Positions 27,292 through 37,015 are shown, counted from the stretch's first letter. The stretch is 44,604 nt of DNA from Caulobacteraceae bacterium (GCA_019232665.1 JAFANN010000320.1:1-44604), one strand, 5' to 3'. Translations and numbers: made by a program. The notes: generated by a model from the sequence alone, not told the origin.

Positions 27292-27317
27292 GACAGATCT
27301 CCTAGGAGAGGCGCCAG

Positions 27318-27812
27318 ATGACCAAGCTCAACGAACTCGCCCCGAGCCCGGGCTCGACCCAGTACAAGACCCGCGTCGGACGCGGCCCGGGATCGGGCAA
27401 GGGCAAGACCGGCGGCCGCGGCGTGAAGGGCCAGAAGTCCCGGACGGGCGTGGCCATCGCCGGCTTCGAGGGCGGCCAGATGCCGCTGCACATGCGGATG
27501 CCCAAGCGCGGCTTCAACAACCCGCGCGCCCTCGACCTGGCCGAAGTCAACTTCTGGCGTCTCGAGCAGGCGATCGCCGCGGGCAAGCTGGACGCTTCCA
27601 AGCCGATCGATGCGGCCGTTCTCGTCGAAGCCGGCGTGCTTCGCCGGGCGAAGGACGGCGTGAAGCTGCTCGCCAAGGGCGAGCTGAAGTCGAAGCTCCA
27701 GATCACCGTATACGCGGCCTCGGCCTCCGCCCGCGAGGCGGTCGAGAAGGCCGGCGGCTCTCTCACCGTGACCCGCCCGCAACCGGCCGAGGCGGAGGCT
27801 TCCGCGGGCTGA
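27318..27812 (+). CDS. rplO: 50S ribosomal protein L15
   Basis: [32 protein letters not shown]. Confidence 0.99.
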   Translation: MTKLNELAPSPGSTQYKTRVGRGPGSGKGKTGGRGVKGQKSRTGVAIAGFEGGQMPLHMRMPKRGFNNPRALDLAEVNFWRLEQAIAAGKLDASKPIDAAVLVEAGVLRRAKDGVKLLAKGELKSKLQITVYAASASAREAVEKAGGSLTVTRPQPAEAEASAG

Positions 27813-27818
27813 TCTCGA

Positions 27819-27851
27819 CGAGGGCGAAGGGCCGCGGCCGTTTCGCCCTCG
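27819..27851 (+). other. Stem-loop between rplO and secY
   Basis: CGAGGGCGAA...TTCGCCCTCG perfect 10-bp inverted repeat with no U-tract. Confidence 0.5.
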
Positions 27852-27908
27852 CGCCCGCCGCGCGGGCCGCCTATCTTGCGCGCACGACCTCTAGTTCCGG
27901 GATGACGC

Positions 27909-29252
27909 ATGGCTTCGGCCGCCGAACAGCTCGCCGCCAACATGAATTTCGGCGCCTTCCAGAAGGCGACGGAGCTCCACAAGCGCATCGGCTTCACCCT
28001 GCTGGCGATGGTTGTCTATCGCCTGGGGACCTACATCCCGATCCCGGGGATCAACGCGGCCGCGTTCGCCCACGCCTTCGAAGGGCAGGCCAAGGGCATC
28101 CTTGGCATGTTCAACATGTTCTCCGGCGGCGCCGTCCAGCGGATGGCGATCTTCTCGCTGAACGTGATGCCGTACATCTCGGCCTCGATCATCGTGCAGC
28201 TCCTCGGCAGCGCGTATCCGCCGTGGGAGAAGCTGCGCAAGGAAGGCGGCGAGGCCGGCCGCAAGCAGCTCAACCAATACACCCGCTATCTCACGGTTGT
28301 GCTCGCCCTGTTCCAGTCCTTCGGCATCGCCGTTGGTCTCTCCAATGCACCGGGCATTGTCGACGAGCCTGGTATCTTCTTCATCGCCTCGACGATGATC
28401 ACGCTCACCGGCGGCACGATCTTCCTGATGTGGCTGGGCGAGCAGATGACGACCCGCGGCGTGGGTAACGGCATCTCGCTGATCATCTTCGCCGGCATCG
28501 TCGCCCGGCTTCCCACGGGTCTCTGGGACCTGCTGCAGGAAGCGCGCCTGGATCCTTCGAAGACGGTCCAGATCTTCGGCTATATCGCCCTGGCCGTAGC
28601 CGTGATCCTGTTCATCGTGTTCATGGAGCGCGCCCAGCGGCGCCTTCTGATCGTCTACCCCAAGCGGCAGGTCGGAAACCGGATGATGGGCGGGGAGAAT
28701 TCCTTCCTCCCGCTCAAGATCAACGTCAGCGGCGTCATCCCACCGATCTTCGCTTCGTCCCTGCTGCTGCTGCCGGCGACGGCGGCCGGGTTCCTGGCGA
28801 CCGCGAAGCTGCCGCCATGGGCGCAGTGGCTGCCGACGGCGGTCGGCATGCTGGGCCACGGCAAGCCGCTGTTCATGATCCTGTACGGGGTCCTGATCGT
28901 CTTCTTCTGCTTCTTCTACACCTCGGTCGTCTTCAATCCGGACGACACCGCCGAGCAGCTCCGCAAGTACGGCGGCAACCTCCCCGGCATCCGGCCTGGC
29001 AAGCGCACGGCTGAGTACATCGACTATGTGCTCACGCGACTGACGTTGATCGGCGCGGTCTACATAGCGGCCGTGTGTCTTCTGCCGGAGTTCCTGGCGG
29101 GGTCGAGCGGCTCCTACGCCTTTGGCGGCACGTCAATCCTGATCGTCGTGTCGGTGACCATGGACACCGTGGCGCAGATCCAGTCCCATCTGCTCGCCCA
29201 CCAGTACGAGGGGCTGATCAAGAAATCGCGGATGCGCGGCGCCCGTCGCTGA
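27909..29252 (+). CDS. secY: Preprotein translocase subunit SecY
   Basis: YRLGTYIPIPG, VMPYISASIIVQL, WLGEQMT.RGVGNGISLIIF, IRPGKRT, FGGTSILIVV. Confidence 0.99.
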   Translation: MASAAEQLAANMNFGAFQKATELHKRIGFTLLAMVVYRLGTYIPIPGINAAAFAHAFEGQAKGILGMFNMFSGGAVQRMAIFSLNVMPYISASIIVQLLGSAYPPWEKLRKEGGEAGRKQLNQYTRYLTVVLALFQSFGIAVGLSNAPGIVDEPGIFFIASTMITLTGGTIFLMWLGEQMTTRGVGNGISLIIFAGIVARLPTGLWDLLQEARLDPSKTVQIFGYIALAVAVILFIVFMERAQRRLLIVYPKRQVGNRMMGGENSFLPLKINVSGVIPPIFASSLLLLPATAAGFLATAKLPPWAQWLPTAVGMLGHGKPLFMILYGVLIVFFCFFYTSVVFNPDDTAEQLRKYGGNLPGIRPGKRTAEYIDYVLTRLTLIGAVYIAAVCLLPEFLAGSSGSYAFGGTSILIVVSVTMDTVAQIQSHLLAHQYEGLIKKSRMRGARR

Positions 29253-29375
29253 GCGGGCCGATGAGCTGGGCTGCCGCCAACTGACGCAGCGACAGGCTGG
29301 AGCGCGGCGCCGACTCATGGGAGCGAACTGATTTTGGAGCGCGCCACAAGGGCGGTCGCCCAAGGGAGGGAGTGG

Positions 29376-29942
29376 ATGAACCTGATCCTTTTCGGTCCGC
29401 CGGCGGCGGGGAAGGGAACTCAGGCCAAGCGCCTGGTGGAGCGCCGGCGGATGGTCCAGCTGTCCACGGGCGACATGCTGCGCGCGGAAATCGCCTCCGG
29501 CTCGGAGCTCGGTCAGAGGGTCTCCAGCATTATCCAGCATGGCCACCTGGTGCCCGATGGGATCGTCATCCGATTGATCGAAGATAGGCTTCCGGGACTG
29601 GCGGGCACCGGCGGCGCCATCTTCGATGGCTTCCCCCGAACGGTCGCCCAGGCCAAGGCGCTCGACGCCATGCTCAAGCACGCCGGGAAAAAGATCGACC
29701 AGGTCATCCGGTTGAGCGTCAACGACGAAGAACTCAAGGCGCGCGTCGCCGGGCGCTTCGCCGAGTCGGGGCGGCCCGACGACAATCCGGAATCCTTCGC
29801 CGTCCGGCTGTCGGCCTACAATCGGGACACCGCGCCGCTGATCCCGTATTACGAGGCCCAGGGAAAGCTTCGGAACGTCGATGGCATGGCCAGCATCGAT
29901 GTCGTGGCTGACCAGATCGACGAGCTTCTGGAGAAAGTCTGA
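29376..29942 (+). CDS. adk: Adenylate kinase (short LID)
   Basis: GPPAAGKGTQA, LSTGDMLR, DGFPRT, GRPDD; ATG after GGGAGGGAG. Confidence 0.97.
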   Translation: MNLILFGPPAAGKGTQAKRLVERRRMVQLSTGDMLRAEIASGSELGQRVSSIIQHGHLVPDGIVIRLIEDRLPGLAGTGGAIFDGFPRTVAQAKALDAMLKHAGKKIDQVIRLSVNDEELKARVAGRFAESGRPDDNPESFAVRLSAYNRDTAPLIPYYEAQGKLRNVDGMASIDVVADQIDELLEKV

Positions 29943-29971
29943 TCAGGACGTCCGGGAGGCTTCAAAGGCCA

Positions 29972-29999
29972 TTGACCTCGCTGCGTTCATCCCTATAAC
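29972..29999 (+). promoter_or_regulatory. Promoter of the alpha operon
   Basis: TTGACC-N16-TATAAC, near-consensus, 100 nt upstream of rpsM. Confidence 0.7.
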
Positions 30000-30010
30000 C
30001 ACTCCCTCCG

Positions 30011-30070
30011 CGAAAGAAGCGCGATCGGCGTCTGCCCCTGCGAGGAGGCGGATTCGTTCGCGCTTTTTCG
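30011..30070 (+). promoter_or_regulatory. Long hairpin in the rpsM 5' UTR
   Basis: CGAAAGAAGCGCGA pairs with TCGCGCTTTTTCG; inner pairs TCTGCC/GGCGGA and CCT/AGG. Confidence 0.5.
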
Positions 30071-30098
30071 CCGTGTCCGGCGCCGTCAGGAGATTAGC

Positions 30099-30467
30099 TT
30101 GGCCCGCATTGCAGGCGTGAACATCCCCACGAACAAGCGCGTCATCATCGCGCTGCAGTATATCCATGGCATCGGCCCGGCGGTCGCCCGCGAAATCGTC
30201 GATCGGGTCGGCATCGCCGACGCCCGCCGGGTGAACCAACTCACGGACCAGGAAGTGGTTCAGATCCGTGAGGTGATCGACCGTGATTATCTAGTCGAAG
30301 GCGACCTGCGTCGCGAAACCGCAACCAACATCAAGCGGCTGATGGACCTGGCCTGCTACCGCGGCCTGCGCCACCGCAAGGGCCTGCCGGTGCGGGGACA
30401 GCGCACCCACACGAACGCCCGGACCCGCAAGGGCCCGGCCAAGCCGATCGCCGGCAAGAAGAAGTAA
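30099..30467 (+). CDS. rpsM: 30S ribosomal protein S13
   Basis: [35 protein letters not shown]; TTG start after AGGAG. Confidence 0.99.
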   Translation: MARIAGVNIPTNKRVIIALQYIHGIGPAVAREIVDRVGIADARRVNQLTDQEVVQIREVIDRDYLVEGDLRRETATNIKRLMDLACYRGLRHRKGLPVRGQRTHTNARTRKGPAKPIAGKKK

Positions 30468-30480
30468 GAAGGGGCGTCCG

Positions 30481-30870
30481 ATGGCCAGGGAACCGGCGCG
30501 CGTCAAGAAGCGCGAGCGCAAGAACATCACTTCGGGCGTGGCGCACGTGAACGCCTCGTTCAACAACACGATGATCACCATCACCGACGCCCAGGGCAAT
30601 GCGATCTCCTGGTCCAGCGCCGGCTCGATGGGCTTCAAGGGCTCGCGCAAGTCGACGCCCTACGCGGCGCAGATGGCGGCGGAAGATGCGGGCCGGAAGG
30701 CGGCGGAACACGGTGTCCGCACCCTCGAAGTCAACGTCTCGGGGCCGGGGTCCGGCCGGGAATCGGCGCTGCGGGCTCTTCAGGCCGTCGGCATGACTAT
30801 CACCACTATCCGCGACGTCACTCCGATGCCGCACAACGGCTGCCGTCCGCCAAAGCGTCGGCGCGTCTGA
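30481..30870 (+). CDS. rpsK: 30S ribosomal protein S11
   Basis: [38 protein letters not shown]. Confidence 0.99.
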   Translation: MAREPARVKKRERKNITSGVAHVNASFNNTMITITDAQGNAISWSSAGSMGFKGSRKSTPYAAQMAAEDAGRKAAEHGVRTLEVNVSGPGSGRESALRALQAVGMTITTIRDVTPMPHNGCRPPKRRRV

Positions 30871-30961
30871 GTTACTATATCCCCGAATATTTCCGTTCAT
30901 TGCCGATCTGTGAGGACCTGCGCAGGCCGGCGAACCCGTGTCGAAGGACACCGATAAATCC

Positions 30962-31978
30962 GTGATCGAACGCAACTGGAACGAACTGATCCGTCCTGAG
31001 AAGCCGCAGATCGAGGCCGGCGCCGACAGCTCCCGCAAGGCGCGCATCGTCGCCGAACCGCTGGAGCGGGGCTTCGGGGTGACCCTGGGCAACTCGCTGC
31101 GCCGGGTGCTTCTGTCGTCGCTGCAGGGCGCGGCCGTCACCGCCATCCAGATCGATGGCGTGGTGCACGAGTTCTCCTCTCTCGAGGGCGTGCGCGAGGA
31201 CGTCGTCGACATCGTCCTCAACATCAAGCAGCTGGCGCTGCGGATGCACGCCGAGGGCCCCAAGCGCATGACCCTGCGTGCGACCGGTCCGGGCGCGGTG
31301 ACCGCGGGCCAGATCGAGGCGCCCTCGGACATCGAGATCCTCAATCCCAAGCACGTCCTGCTCACCCTCGATGAGGGCGCAAGCGTGCGGATCGAGTTCA
31401 CCGTGCAGAACGGCAAGGGTTACGTTCCGTCCGAGCGCAACCGGCCCGAGGATGCGCCGATTGGCCTGATCGCCGTCGACGCCCTGTACAGCCCGGTCAA
31501 GCGCGTCGCCTACCGCGTCGAGCCGACCCGCCAGGGCCAGAGCCTCGACTACGACAAGCTGATCATGGAAGTGGAAACCAACGGCGCGGTTTCGCCGGTG
31601 GACGCGGTGGCTTACGCAGCCCGGATCCTCCAGGACCAGCTGCAGGTGTTCATCACCTTCGAGGAGCCGAAGAAGAAGCTCGAAGGCGAGGCCAAGCCGG
31701 ACCTGCCGTTCAACCCGGCCCTCCTCAAGAAGGTGGACGAGCTGGAGCTGTCGGTCCGCTCGGCCAACTGCCTGAAGAACGACAACATCGTCTACATCGG
31801 CGATCTGATCCAGAAGACGGAGGCGGAGATGCTCCGCACTCCGAACTTCGGACGCAAGTCGTTGAACGAGATCAAGGAGGTCCTGACCAACATGGGACTC
31901 CACCTCGGTATGGACGTGCCGAACTGGCCGCCGGACAACATCGAGGACCTGGCCAAGAAATTCGAAGACCAGATCTAA
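30962..31978 (+). CDS. rpoA: DNA-directed RNA polymerase alpha subunit
   Basis: [46 protein letters not shown] start at 30962 preferred over 30938. Confidence 0.99.
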   Translation: MIERNWNELIRPEKPQIEAGADSSRKARIVAEPLERGFGVTLGNSLRRVLLSSLQGAAVTAIQIDGVVHEFSSLEGVREDVVDIVLNIKQLALRMHAEGPKRMTLRATGPGAVTAGQIEAPSDIEILNPKHVLLTLDEGASVRIEFTVQNGKGYVPSERNRPEDAPIGLIAVDALYSPVKRVAYRVEPTRQGQSLDYDKLIMEVETNGAVSPVDAVAYAARILQDQLQVFITFEEPKKKLEGEAKPDLPFNPALLKKVDELELSVRSANCLKNDNIVYIGDLIQKTEAEMLRTPNFGRKSLNEIKEVLTNMGLHLGMDVPNWPPDNIEDLAKKFEDQI

Positions 31979-32030
31979 ACCTCTGGTATAAGGCCCGTCC
32001 TTCTAAAGGGCCGTTTGGAGAGACGAGACC

Positions 32031-32438
32031 ATGCGCCACGGTTACGCGCACCGCAAACTCGGCCGCACTACGGCCCACCGCACGGCCCTGTTCGCCAACA
32101 TGTCGGCGAGCTTGATCAAGCACGAGCAAATCGTCACGACGCTGCCCAAGGCCAAGGAGCTTCGCCCCTTCGTGGAAAAGCTCGTGACCCTGGCCAAGCG
32201 CGGCGACCTTCACTCGCGCCGGATCGCGATCTCCAAGGTCCGTGACGTGAGCCAGGTCGGCAAACTGTTCTCGACGCTCGGCCCCCGCTACGCGGGCCGC
32301 AACGGCGGCTACACCCGTGTGCTGAAGGCTGGCTTCCGTCACGGCGACAACGCGGCGATGGCCGTGATCGAATTCGTCGACCGTGACGTGTCGGCCAAGG
32401 GGCAGGACTCCGGCCCGAACCAAGCCACCGCGGAATGA
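32031..32438 (+). CDS. rplQ: 50S ribosomal protein L17
   Basis: [33 protein letters not shown]. Confidence 0.99.
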   Translation: MRHGYAHRKLGRTTAHRTALFANMSASLIKHEQIVTTLPKAKELRPFVEKLVTLAKRGDLHSRRIAISKVRDVSQVGKLFSTLGPRYAGRNGGYTRVLKAGFRHGDNAAMAVIEFVDRDVSAKGQDSGPNQATAE

Positions 32439-32456
32439 GCTCCGTCGATCCATGCG

Positions 32457-32487
32457 AACCCGGGCCTCGCGGCCCGGGTTTTCATTT
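32457..32487 (+). terminator. Intrinsic terminator of the alpha operon
   Basis: AACCCGGGCC-TCGC-GGCCCGGGTT followed by TTCATTT. Confidence 0.85.
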
Positions 32488-32517
32488 GACCAGATACTTT
32501 CGTGGATGTAGAAATAT
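32486..32517 (+). promoter_or_regulatory. Promoter and overlapping AT-rich dyad (candidate ArsR operator) for the VOC-ArsR-SRPBCC-MFS operon
   Basis: TTGACC-N17-TAGAAA; imperfect dyad ATACTT-N12-AAATAT at 32494-32517. Confidence 0.5.
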
Positions 32518-32542
32518 TCTCCAGAAACGCAGGAGGTGCGTC

Positions 32543-33019
32543 ATGGAGAGCGAACGTCCAACCCTCGCCGTAGGCGTCTGTTACAAGAATCCCCGCGCCG
32601 CGCTGGCGTGGCTGGAAAAGGCCTTTGGCTTCGAGACCACCATGGTCGTCGAGAACCCCGACGGCTCCATCGGCCACAGCGAGATGCGGGTCGGCCGGAA
32701 CGGACTGGTGATGGTGGGTCGCGAGTGGGACGAGTTCCACCGCAGCCCGGCCTCGATCGGCGGGGTGAACAGCCAGTCGGTCCATATCAATCTCGACGAC
32801 GCCGACGACATCGACGCCCACTACCACCGCGCCCTGACGGCCGGCGCGAAGAAGCTGCGCGAGCCGGCGGACCAGTTCTACGGCGATCGCGTCTACGGGG
32901 TCATCGATCCCGAGGGTCATCAGTGGACCTTCAGCCGCACTATCAAGGCCATGACCATCGACGAGATGTCGAAGGCCGGCGGCCGGAAGATCCGCGAGCG
33001 TCTGGAGGAGTCGCAATGA
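32543..33019 (+). CDS. VOC/glyoxalase (PhnB-like) family protein, copy 1
   Basis: AGGAGG RBS; AALAWLEKAFGFE, GHSEMRVG, AGAK..EPADQFYGDR.YGVIDPEGHQWTF. Confidence 0.88.
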   Translation: MESERPTLAVGVCYKNPRAALAWLEKAFGFETTMVVENPDGSIGHSEMRVGRNGLVMVGREWDEFHRSPASIGGVNSQSVHINLDDADDIDAHYHRALTAGAKKLREPADQFYGDRVYGVIDPEGHQWTFSRTIKAMTIDEMSKAGGRKIRERLEESQ

Positions 33020-33483
33020 GCTCCGCGTTCACAACCTCGGTGTTCTATCAGGACCCGTTGGCCGCGTTGCACTGGCTCGAGAAGGCGTTTGGCTTCGAGA
33101 CCACGCTCCTCGTTACGGACGACGCCGGCGCTGTCGGCCACGCCGAGATGAGTTTTGGCGGGGGGTCGATCAACGTCGGCGGCGAATGGAGTTCACCCGA
33201 GCTCATTGGTCCGGCGGCGATGAAGAGCCCCGCCTCGCTCCATGGGCAGGCGACGCATCTCATCCGGGTGCACCTGGAAGACGGGATCGACGACCACTGC
33301 GCGCGAGCGGAGGCGGCCGGGGCGCAGATCACCCAGCGACCGGAGGATCAATTCTACGGAGCACGGGTCTATCGGGCCCTCGACCCTGAAGGGCACGTCT
33401 GGGCGTTCGACCAGACGATCAGCGACCTCTCTCACGCCGACATGGAGCGTGCGAGCGGCTTGAAAATCGCGACTTCGCTCTGA
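33016..33483 (+). CDS. VOC/glyoxalase (PhnB-like) family protein, copy 2
   Basis: ATGA overlap with copy 1; AALHWLEKAFGFE, GHAEMSFG, PEDQFYGARVYRALDPEGHVWAF. Confidence 0.88.
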   Translation: MSSAFTTSVFYQDPLAALHWLEKAFGFETTLLVTDDAGAVGHAEMSFGGGSINVGGEWSSPELIGPAAMKSPASLHGQATHLIRVHLEDGIDDHCARAEAAGAQITQRPEDQFYGARVYRALDPEGHVWAFDQTISDLSHADMERASGLKIATSL

Positions 33484-33484
33484 C

Positions 33485-33808
33485 GTGTCGCGTCTCGACG
33501 CCACTCTGGCGGCTCTGGCCGATCCCAACCGCCGCCGCGTGGTCGACCTACTGCGCGAGCGGCCCAGGGCCGCGGGAGAACTGGCGCGGGAAGTAGGGGT
33601 GCCTGGGCCGGCCATGAGCCGGGCCCTGCGCGCCCTTAGGGAAGTCGGCCTCGTTGCGGAGACACATCCCGCCCATGACGCCCGAGTACGCATCTACGAA
33701 CTCCAGCCGGGGCCGATGCGCGAGCTCAAGGCGTGGCTGGACGAGACCGAGGCTCTCTGGAGCGAGCAACTCTCGGCGTTCAGGGCTCATCTCGAGCAGG
33801 AAGCCTGA
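33485..33808 (+). CDS. ArsR/SmtB family transcriptional regulator
   Basis: AALADPNRRRVVDLL..AGELA..SRALRALREVGLV..RVRIY; C-terminal W..QL.AF tail typical of SRPBCC-associated ArsRs. Confidence 0.88.
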   Translation: MSRLDATLAALADPNRRRVVDLLRERPRAAGELAREVGVPGPAMSRALRALREVGLVAETHPAHDARVRIYELQPGPMRELKAWLDETEALWSEQLSAFRAHLEQEA

Positions 33809-33809
33809 G

Positions 33810-34304
33810 GTGGCTTCCCGCGTCCTGGTGGCGCTGCGGGTGCCGGCGGCGCCGCAACGGGCGTTCGACGCCTTCACCGGCCAGATTGGCCGCTGGTGGC
33901 GGCCCAATCCGCTGTTCGCCTTCACCCCGCGGGACCCCGGGGTTCTAGCGTTTGAGGGCGGGGAGGGCGGCCGGCTGATCGAGAGAATGTCGACCGGCAA
34001 GGTGTTCGAGATCGGCAAGGTGAAGATTTGGTCGCCGCCGGAGCGCTTGGTCTTCTCCTGGCGCCAAGCGACCTTCGCCCCGGATCAGGACACCGAGGTC
34101 GAGGTCCGCTTCGAACCGGTTGGGGAAGAGACCCGGGTCACCGTCGAACATCGCGGCTGGGACACTGTCCCCGCCGCGCATGCGGCGCGCCATGGCTTCC
34201 CGAACCAGGTCTTCCTGCTTCGCCACGCCGAATGGTGGCAGGCCTTGCTCGGCTCGCTGAAGCGGTCCATGGCCGTGGGAAGCGAAGCGGAGGAGGGGCC
34301 GTGA
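33810..34304 (+). CDS. SRPBCC/AHSA1 (START-like) domain protein
   Basis: AFDAFT..IGRWW, WSPPERLVFSW, TEVEVRF..ETRVTVEHRGW, terminal W..LL..LK helix. Confidence 0.85.
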   Translation: MASRVLVALRVPAAPQRAFDAFTGQIGRWWRPNPLFAFTPRDPGVLAFEGGEGGRLIERMSTGKVFEIGKVKIWSPPERLVFSWRQATFAPDQDTEVEVRFEPVGEETRVTVEHRGWDTVPAAHAARHGFPNQVFLLRHAEWWQALLGSLKRSMAVGSEAEEGP

Positions 34305-35557
34305 CCGCCTCGACGATCAATGGCGCACGGCAGCCGCGGACCGCGGCCTTCGGATTCGTCTTCGCATCCGCGCTGATGAACTCGGTGTCGTTCGGGATCA
34401 TGATCCCGATCCTGCCCAACCTCATCAAGCAGATGAACGGAGGCGACACTGCCGCCGCCTCCGTCTGGACCGCCGTCTTCGCGACCGTCTGGGGCCTGAT
34501 GCAGTTCTTTTGCGGGCCGATCCTCGGGATGCTCTCGGATCGCTTCGGCCGACGCCCCGTGTTGCTGGTTTCGATCTTCGGCCTGTTCGTGGACTTCCTG
34601 TTCATGGCCTTCGCGCCGACCCTGCAGTGGCTGTTCGTCGGGCGCGTATTCAACGGCATAACCGCCTCGAGCTTCTCGACGGCCAACGCCTATGTCGCCG
34701 ACATCACCCCTCCGGAGAAGCGAGCCCATAACTTCGGGATCATGGGCTCGGCGTTTGGCGTGGGGTTCGTGCTCGGCCCGACGATCGGCGGCGTCCTTGG
34801 CGAGCACAACCTGCGCTGGCCGTTCCTTGCAGCAGCCGCCCTGTGCGCGATCAACTGGATCTACGGACTGCTCGTCCTGCCAGAGTCGCTGCCATTGGAG
34901 CGGCGGAGCAAGATCCAATGGTCGAGGGCGAACCCGATAGGCTCGCTGCTTTTCCTGCACAGCACGCCGAACCTGCTCGGCCTGGCGAGCGTCGGCCTGC
35001 TGTTCCAGCTCGGCTTCACCGTCCTGCCGACGATCTTCGTCCTCTACACCGGCTACCGCTACGGCTGGACGCCGCAGATCCTCGGCTTCACCTTCATGGC
35101 CACAGGCGTCAGCCAGATCGTGGTCCAGGCCTTCCTTGTGGGCCCGGCCGTCCGCCGGCTCGGAGAGCGCGGGGCCGTCCTTGTCGGGCTCGTCGCCGGC
35201 TCCCTGGCCTTTGCGATCTATGGCCTTGCGCCCACGGGCTGGCTGTATCTCTGCGGAGTTCCGGTCTTCGCCCTGACCGGCTTCATTCAACCGGGACTGA
35301 TGGGCCTGATGAGCCAGAGGGTGGGGCCAACGCATCAGGGCCAGCTGCAGGGCGCCAATCAGAGCCTCCAGGGGATCGCATCATTCTCGGCGCCCTCCTT
35401 TTTCGGATTCGTCTTCGCCTGGGCAGTGAGGCACGACGCCACCCTGCATCTGCCGGGCCTGCCGATCCTCGCCTCGGCCGCCCTGTTCGGCGTGGCGTTC
35501 TTCTTGTCCCTACGGGTCGCTACGCCCCTGTCGGTTTCACAGCGGCCTCCGGCTTGA
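34301..35557 (+). CDS. TetA-like (TCR/DHA1) MFS efflux transporter
   Basis: Motif A GMLSDRFGRRPVLL, motif B LFVGRVFNGI, AYVADIT, motif C GVGFVLGPTIGG, LPESL, QGQLQG; GTGA overlap with SRPBCC. Confidence 0.88.
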   Translation: MTASTINGARQPRTAAFGFVFASALMNSVSFGIMIPILPNLIKQMNGGDTAAASVWTAVFATVWGLMQFFCGPILGMLSDRFGRRPVLLVSIFGLFVDFLFMAFAPTLQWLFVGRVFNGITASSFSTANAYVADITPPEKRAHNFGIMGSAFGVGFVLGPTIGGVLGEHNLRWPFLAAAALCAINWIYGLLVLPESLPLERRSKIQWSRANPIGSLLFLHSTPNLLGLASVGLLFQLGFTVLPTIFVLYTGYRYGWTPQILGFTFMATGVSQIVVQAFLVGPAVRRLGERGAVLVGLVAGSLAFAIYGLAPTGWLYLCGVPVFALTGFIQPGLMGLMSQRVGPTHQGQLQGANQSLQGIASFSAPSFFGFVFAWAVRHDATLHLPGLPILASAALFGVAFFLSLRVATPLSVSQRPPA

Positions 35558-35626
35558 ACAGGTCGGAAGGGTGTGGCCATTTCGCCGCCAAGTGACCTGC
35601 CTGCCATTCCTGTGGGGATCCGATCC

Positions 35627-37015
35627 ATGACTCGAGGCCTTCTGGCCTTCGCCGCATCCGCATGCCTGGCTCTTCCGGCGATCGCCCAGCCGAGCCTGCC
35701 CGAACCGACACGGGTCCCTGCCGACGCATCGGAGATGCGCCTTTCCTTCGCCCCGATCGTAAAGCGCGTCGCACCAGCCGTCGTGAACGTCTATTCCAAG
35801 CGCGTCGTCCGCGCGCAGGTCGATCCCTTCTGGTCGTTCTTCGCCGGCGCCATGCCCCGCTCGCGGACCGAGCAGTCGCTGGGCTCCGGCTCCATCGTCC
35901 GGTCGGACGGCGTGATCCTCACCAATCACCACAACATCGATGGCGCGCAGGAGATCCGCGTGGTGACCTCCGATCGCCGCGAATGGCCGGCGACCGTACT
36001 GCTCGACGATCCGCGCGCGGACCTCGCGGTCCTGAAGATCGACACCAAAGGCGAAAAGCTGCCGACTATTCCCATCGACACCCAGGGAAGCCCGCAGGTC
36101 GGCGATCTGGTGCTGGCGATCGGCGATCCCTTTGGTGTGGGGCAGACGGTGACCAACGGGATCGTCTCGGCGCTCGCGCGCTCGGACGTCGGGATCAACG
36201 ACTACGCCTTCTTCATCCAGACCGACGCGGCCATCAATCCGGGCAATTCGGGCGGCCCGCTGGTGGACATGAACGGGGATCTGATCGGCATAAACACCGC
36301 CATCGTCTCCAGTTCTGGCGCTTCGGCGGGGGTCGGCTTCGCCATCCCAGCGGTCATGGCCAAGCAGGTGGTGGAGACGGCGCTGAGCGGCAGCCACAGC
36401 ATCGTACGGCCCTGGCTGGGCGCAAAGACACAAACTCTCACGGACGAGATGGCGCATAGCTTCGGCCTCTCGGCGCCGGTGGGTGTGGTCGTAACCGAGG
36501 TCTGGCCGGGCGGCCCGGCGGACAAGGCCGGACTCCACAGCGGAGACGTCATCGAGGCGGTGGACGGCGCGCCGATCGATTCCGAAGGCTCGCTCACCTA
36601 CCGCGTCGCCACCCACCGCTCGGGCGAAAGCGTTCAGCTTACCGTCCGCCGCGGCAAGGCGAGCTTCCTGCCGCGCCTGACGGTCGAGCCGCCGCCTGCC
36701 GTCCCGGCCGAAGACAAGCGCACCATTGCCGGCCGCAATCCACTGGCCGGCGCCACAGTGGTCAATCTCTCACCGGCGAGCGCGATCGAAAATGGATCAG
36801 ACCCGTTCGCGGCGCACGGCGTTCTTGTGACCTCTGTCGCCGGCGGGCCGGCGGGAATGATCGGAATCCGGTCGGGCGACATCATCCGGCAGGTGAACGA
36901 TCAGGCGGTGACGAATACCGCCGGCCTGGAGTCGCTGCTGGCGGCGCCCGCTCGCGGCTGGACGCTTTCGATCCAGCGGGGCGATCAGGTGATCACGGCG
37001 AGGTTCGAGGGTTAG
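35627..37015 (+). CDS. HtrA/DegP-DegQ family periplasmic serine protease with two PDZ domains
   Basis: Signal peptide, APAVVNV, LTNHH, DLAVLKI, FIQTDAAINPGNSGGPL, RPWLG. Confidence 0.95.
   Translation: MTRGLLAFAASACLALPAIAQPSLPEPTRVPADASEMRLSFAPIVKRVAPAVVNVYSKRVVRAQVDPFWSFFAGAMPRSRTEQSLGSGSIVRSDGVILTNHHNIDGAQEIRVVTSDRREWPATVLLDDPRADLAVLKIDTKGEKLPTIPIDTQGSPQVGDLVLAIGDPFGVGQTVTNGIVSALARSDVGINDYAFFIQTDAAINPGNSGGPLVDMNGDLIGINTAIVSSSGASAGVGFAIPAVMAKQVVETALSGSHSIVRPWLGAKTQTLTDEMAHSFGLSAPVGVVVTEVWPGGPADKAGLHSGDVIEAVDGAPIDSEGSLTYRVATHRSGESVQLTVRRGKASFLPRLTVEPPPAVPAEDKRTIAGRNPLAGATVVNLSPASAIENGSDPFAAHGVLVTSVAGGPAGMIGIRSGDIIRQVNDQAVTNTAGLESLLAAPARGWTLSIQRGDQVITARFEG

Noticed and set aside
29253-32438. 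Absence of infA, rpmJ, map and rpsD from the secY-alpha region; short-LID Adk
   Set aside because: Normal for Alphaproteobacteria.
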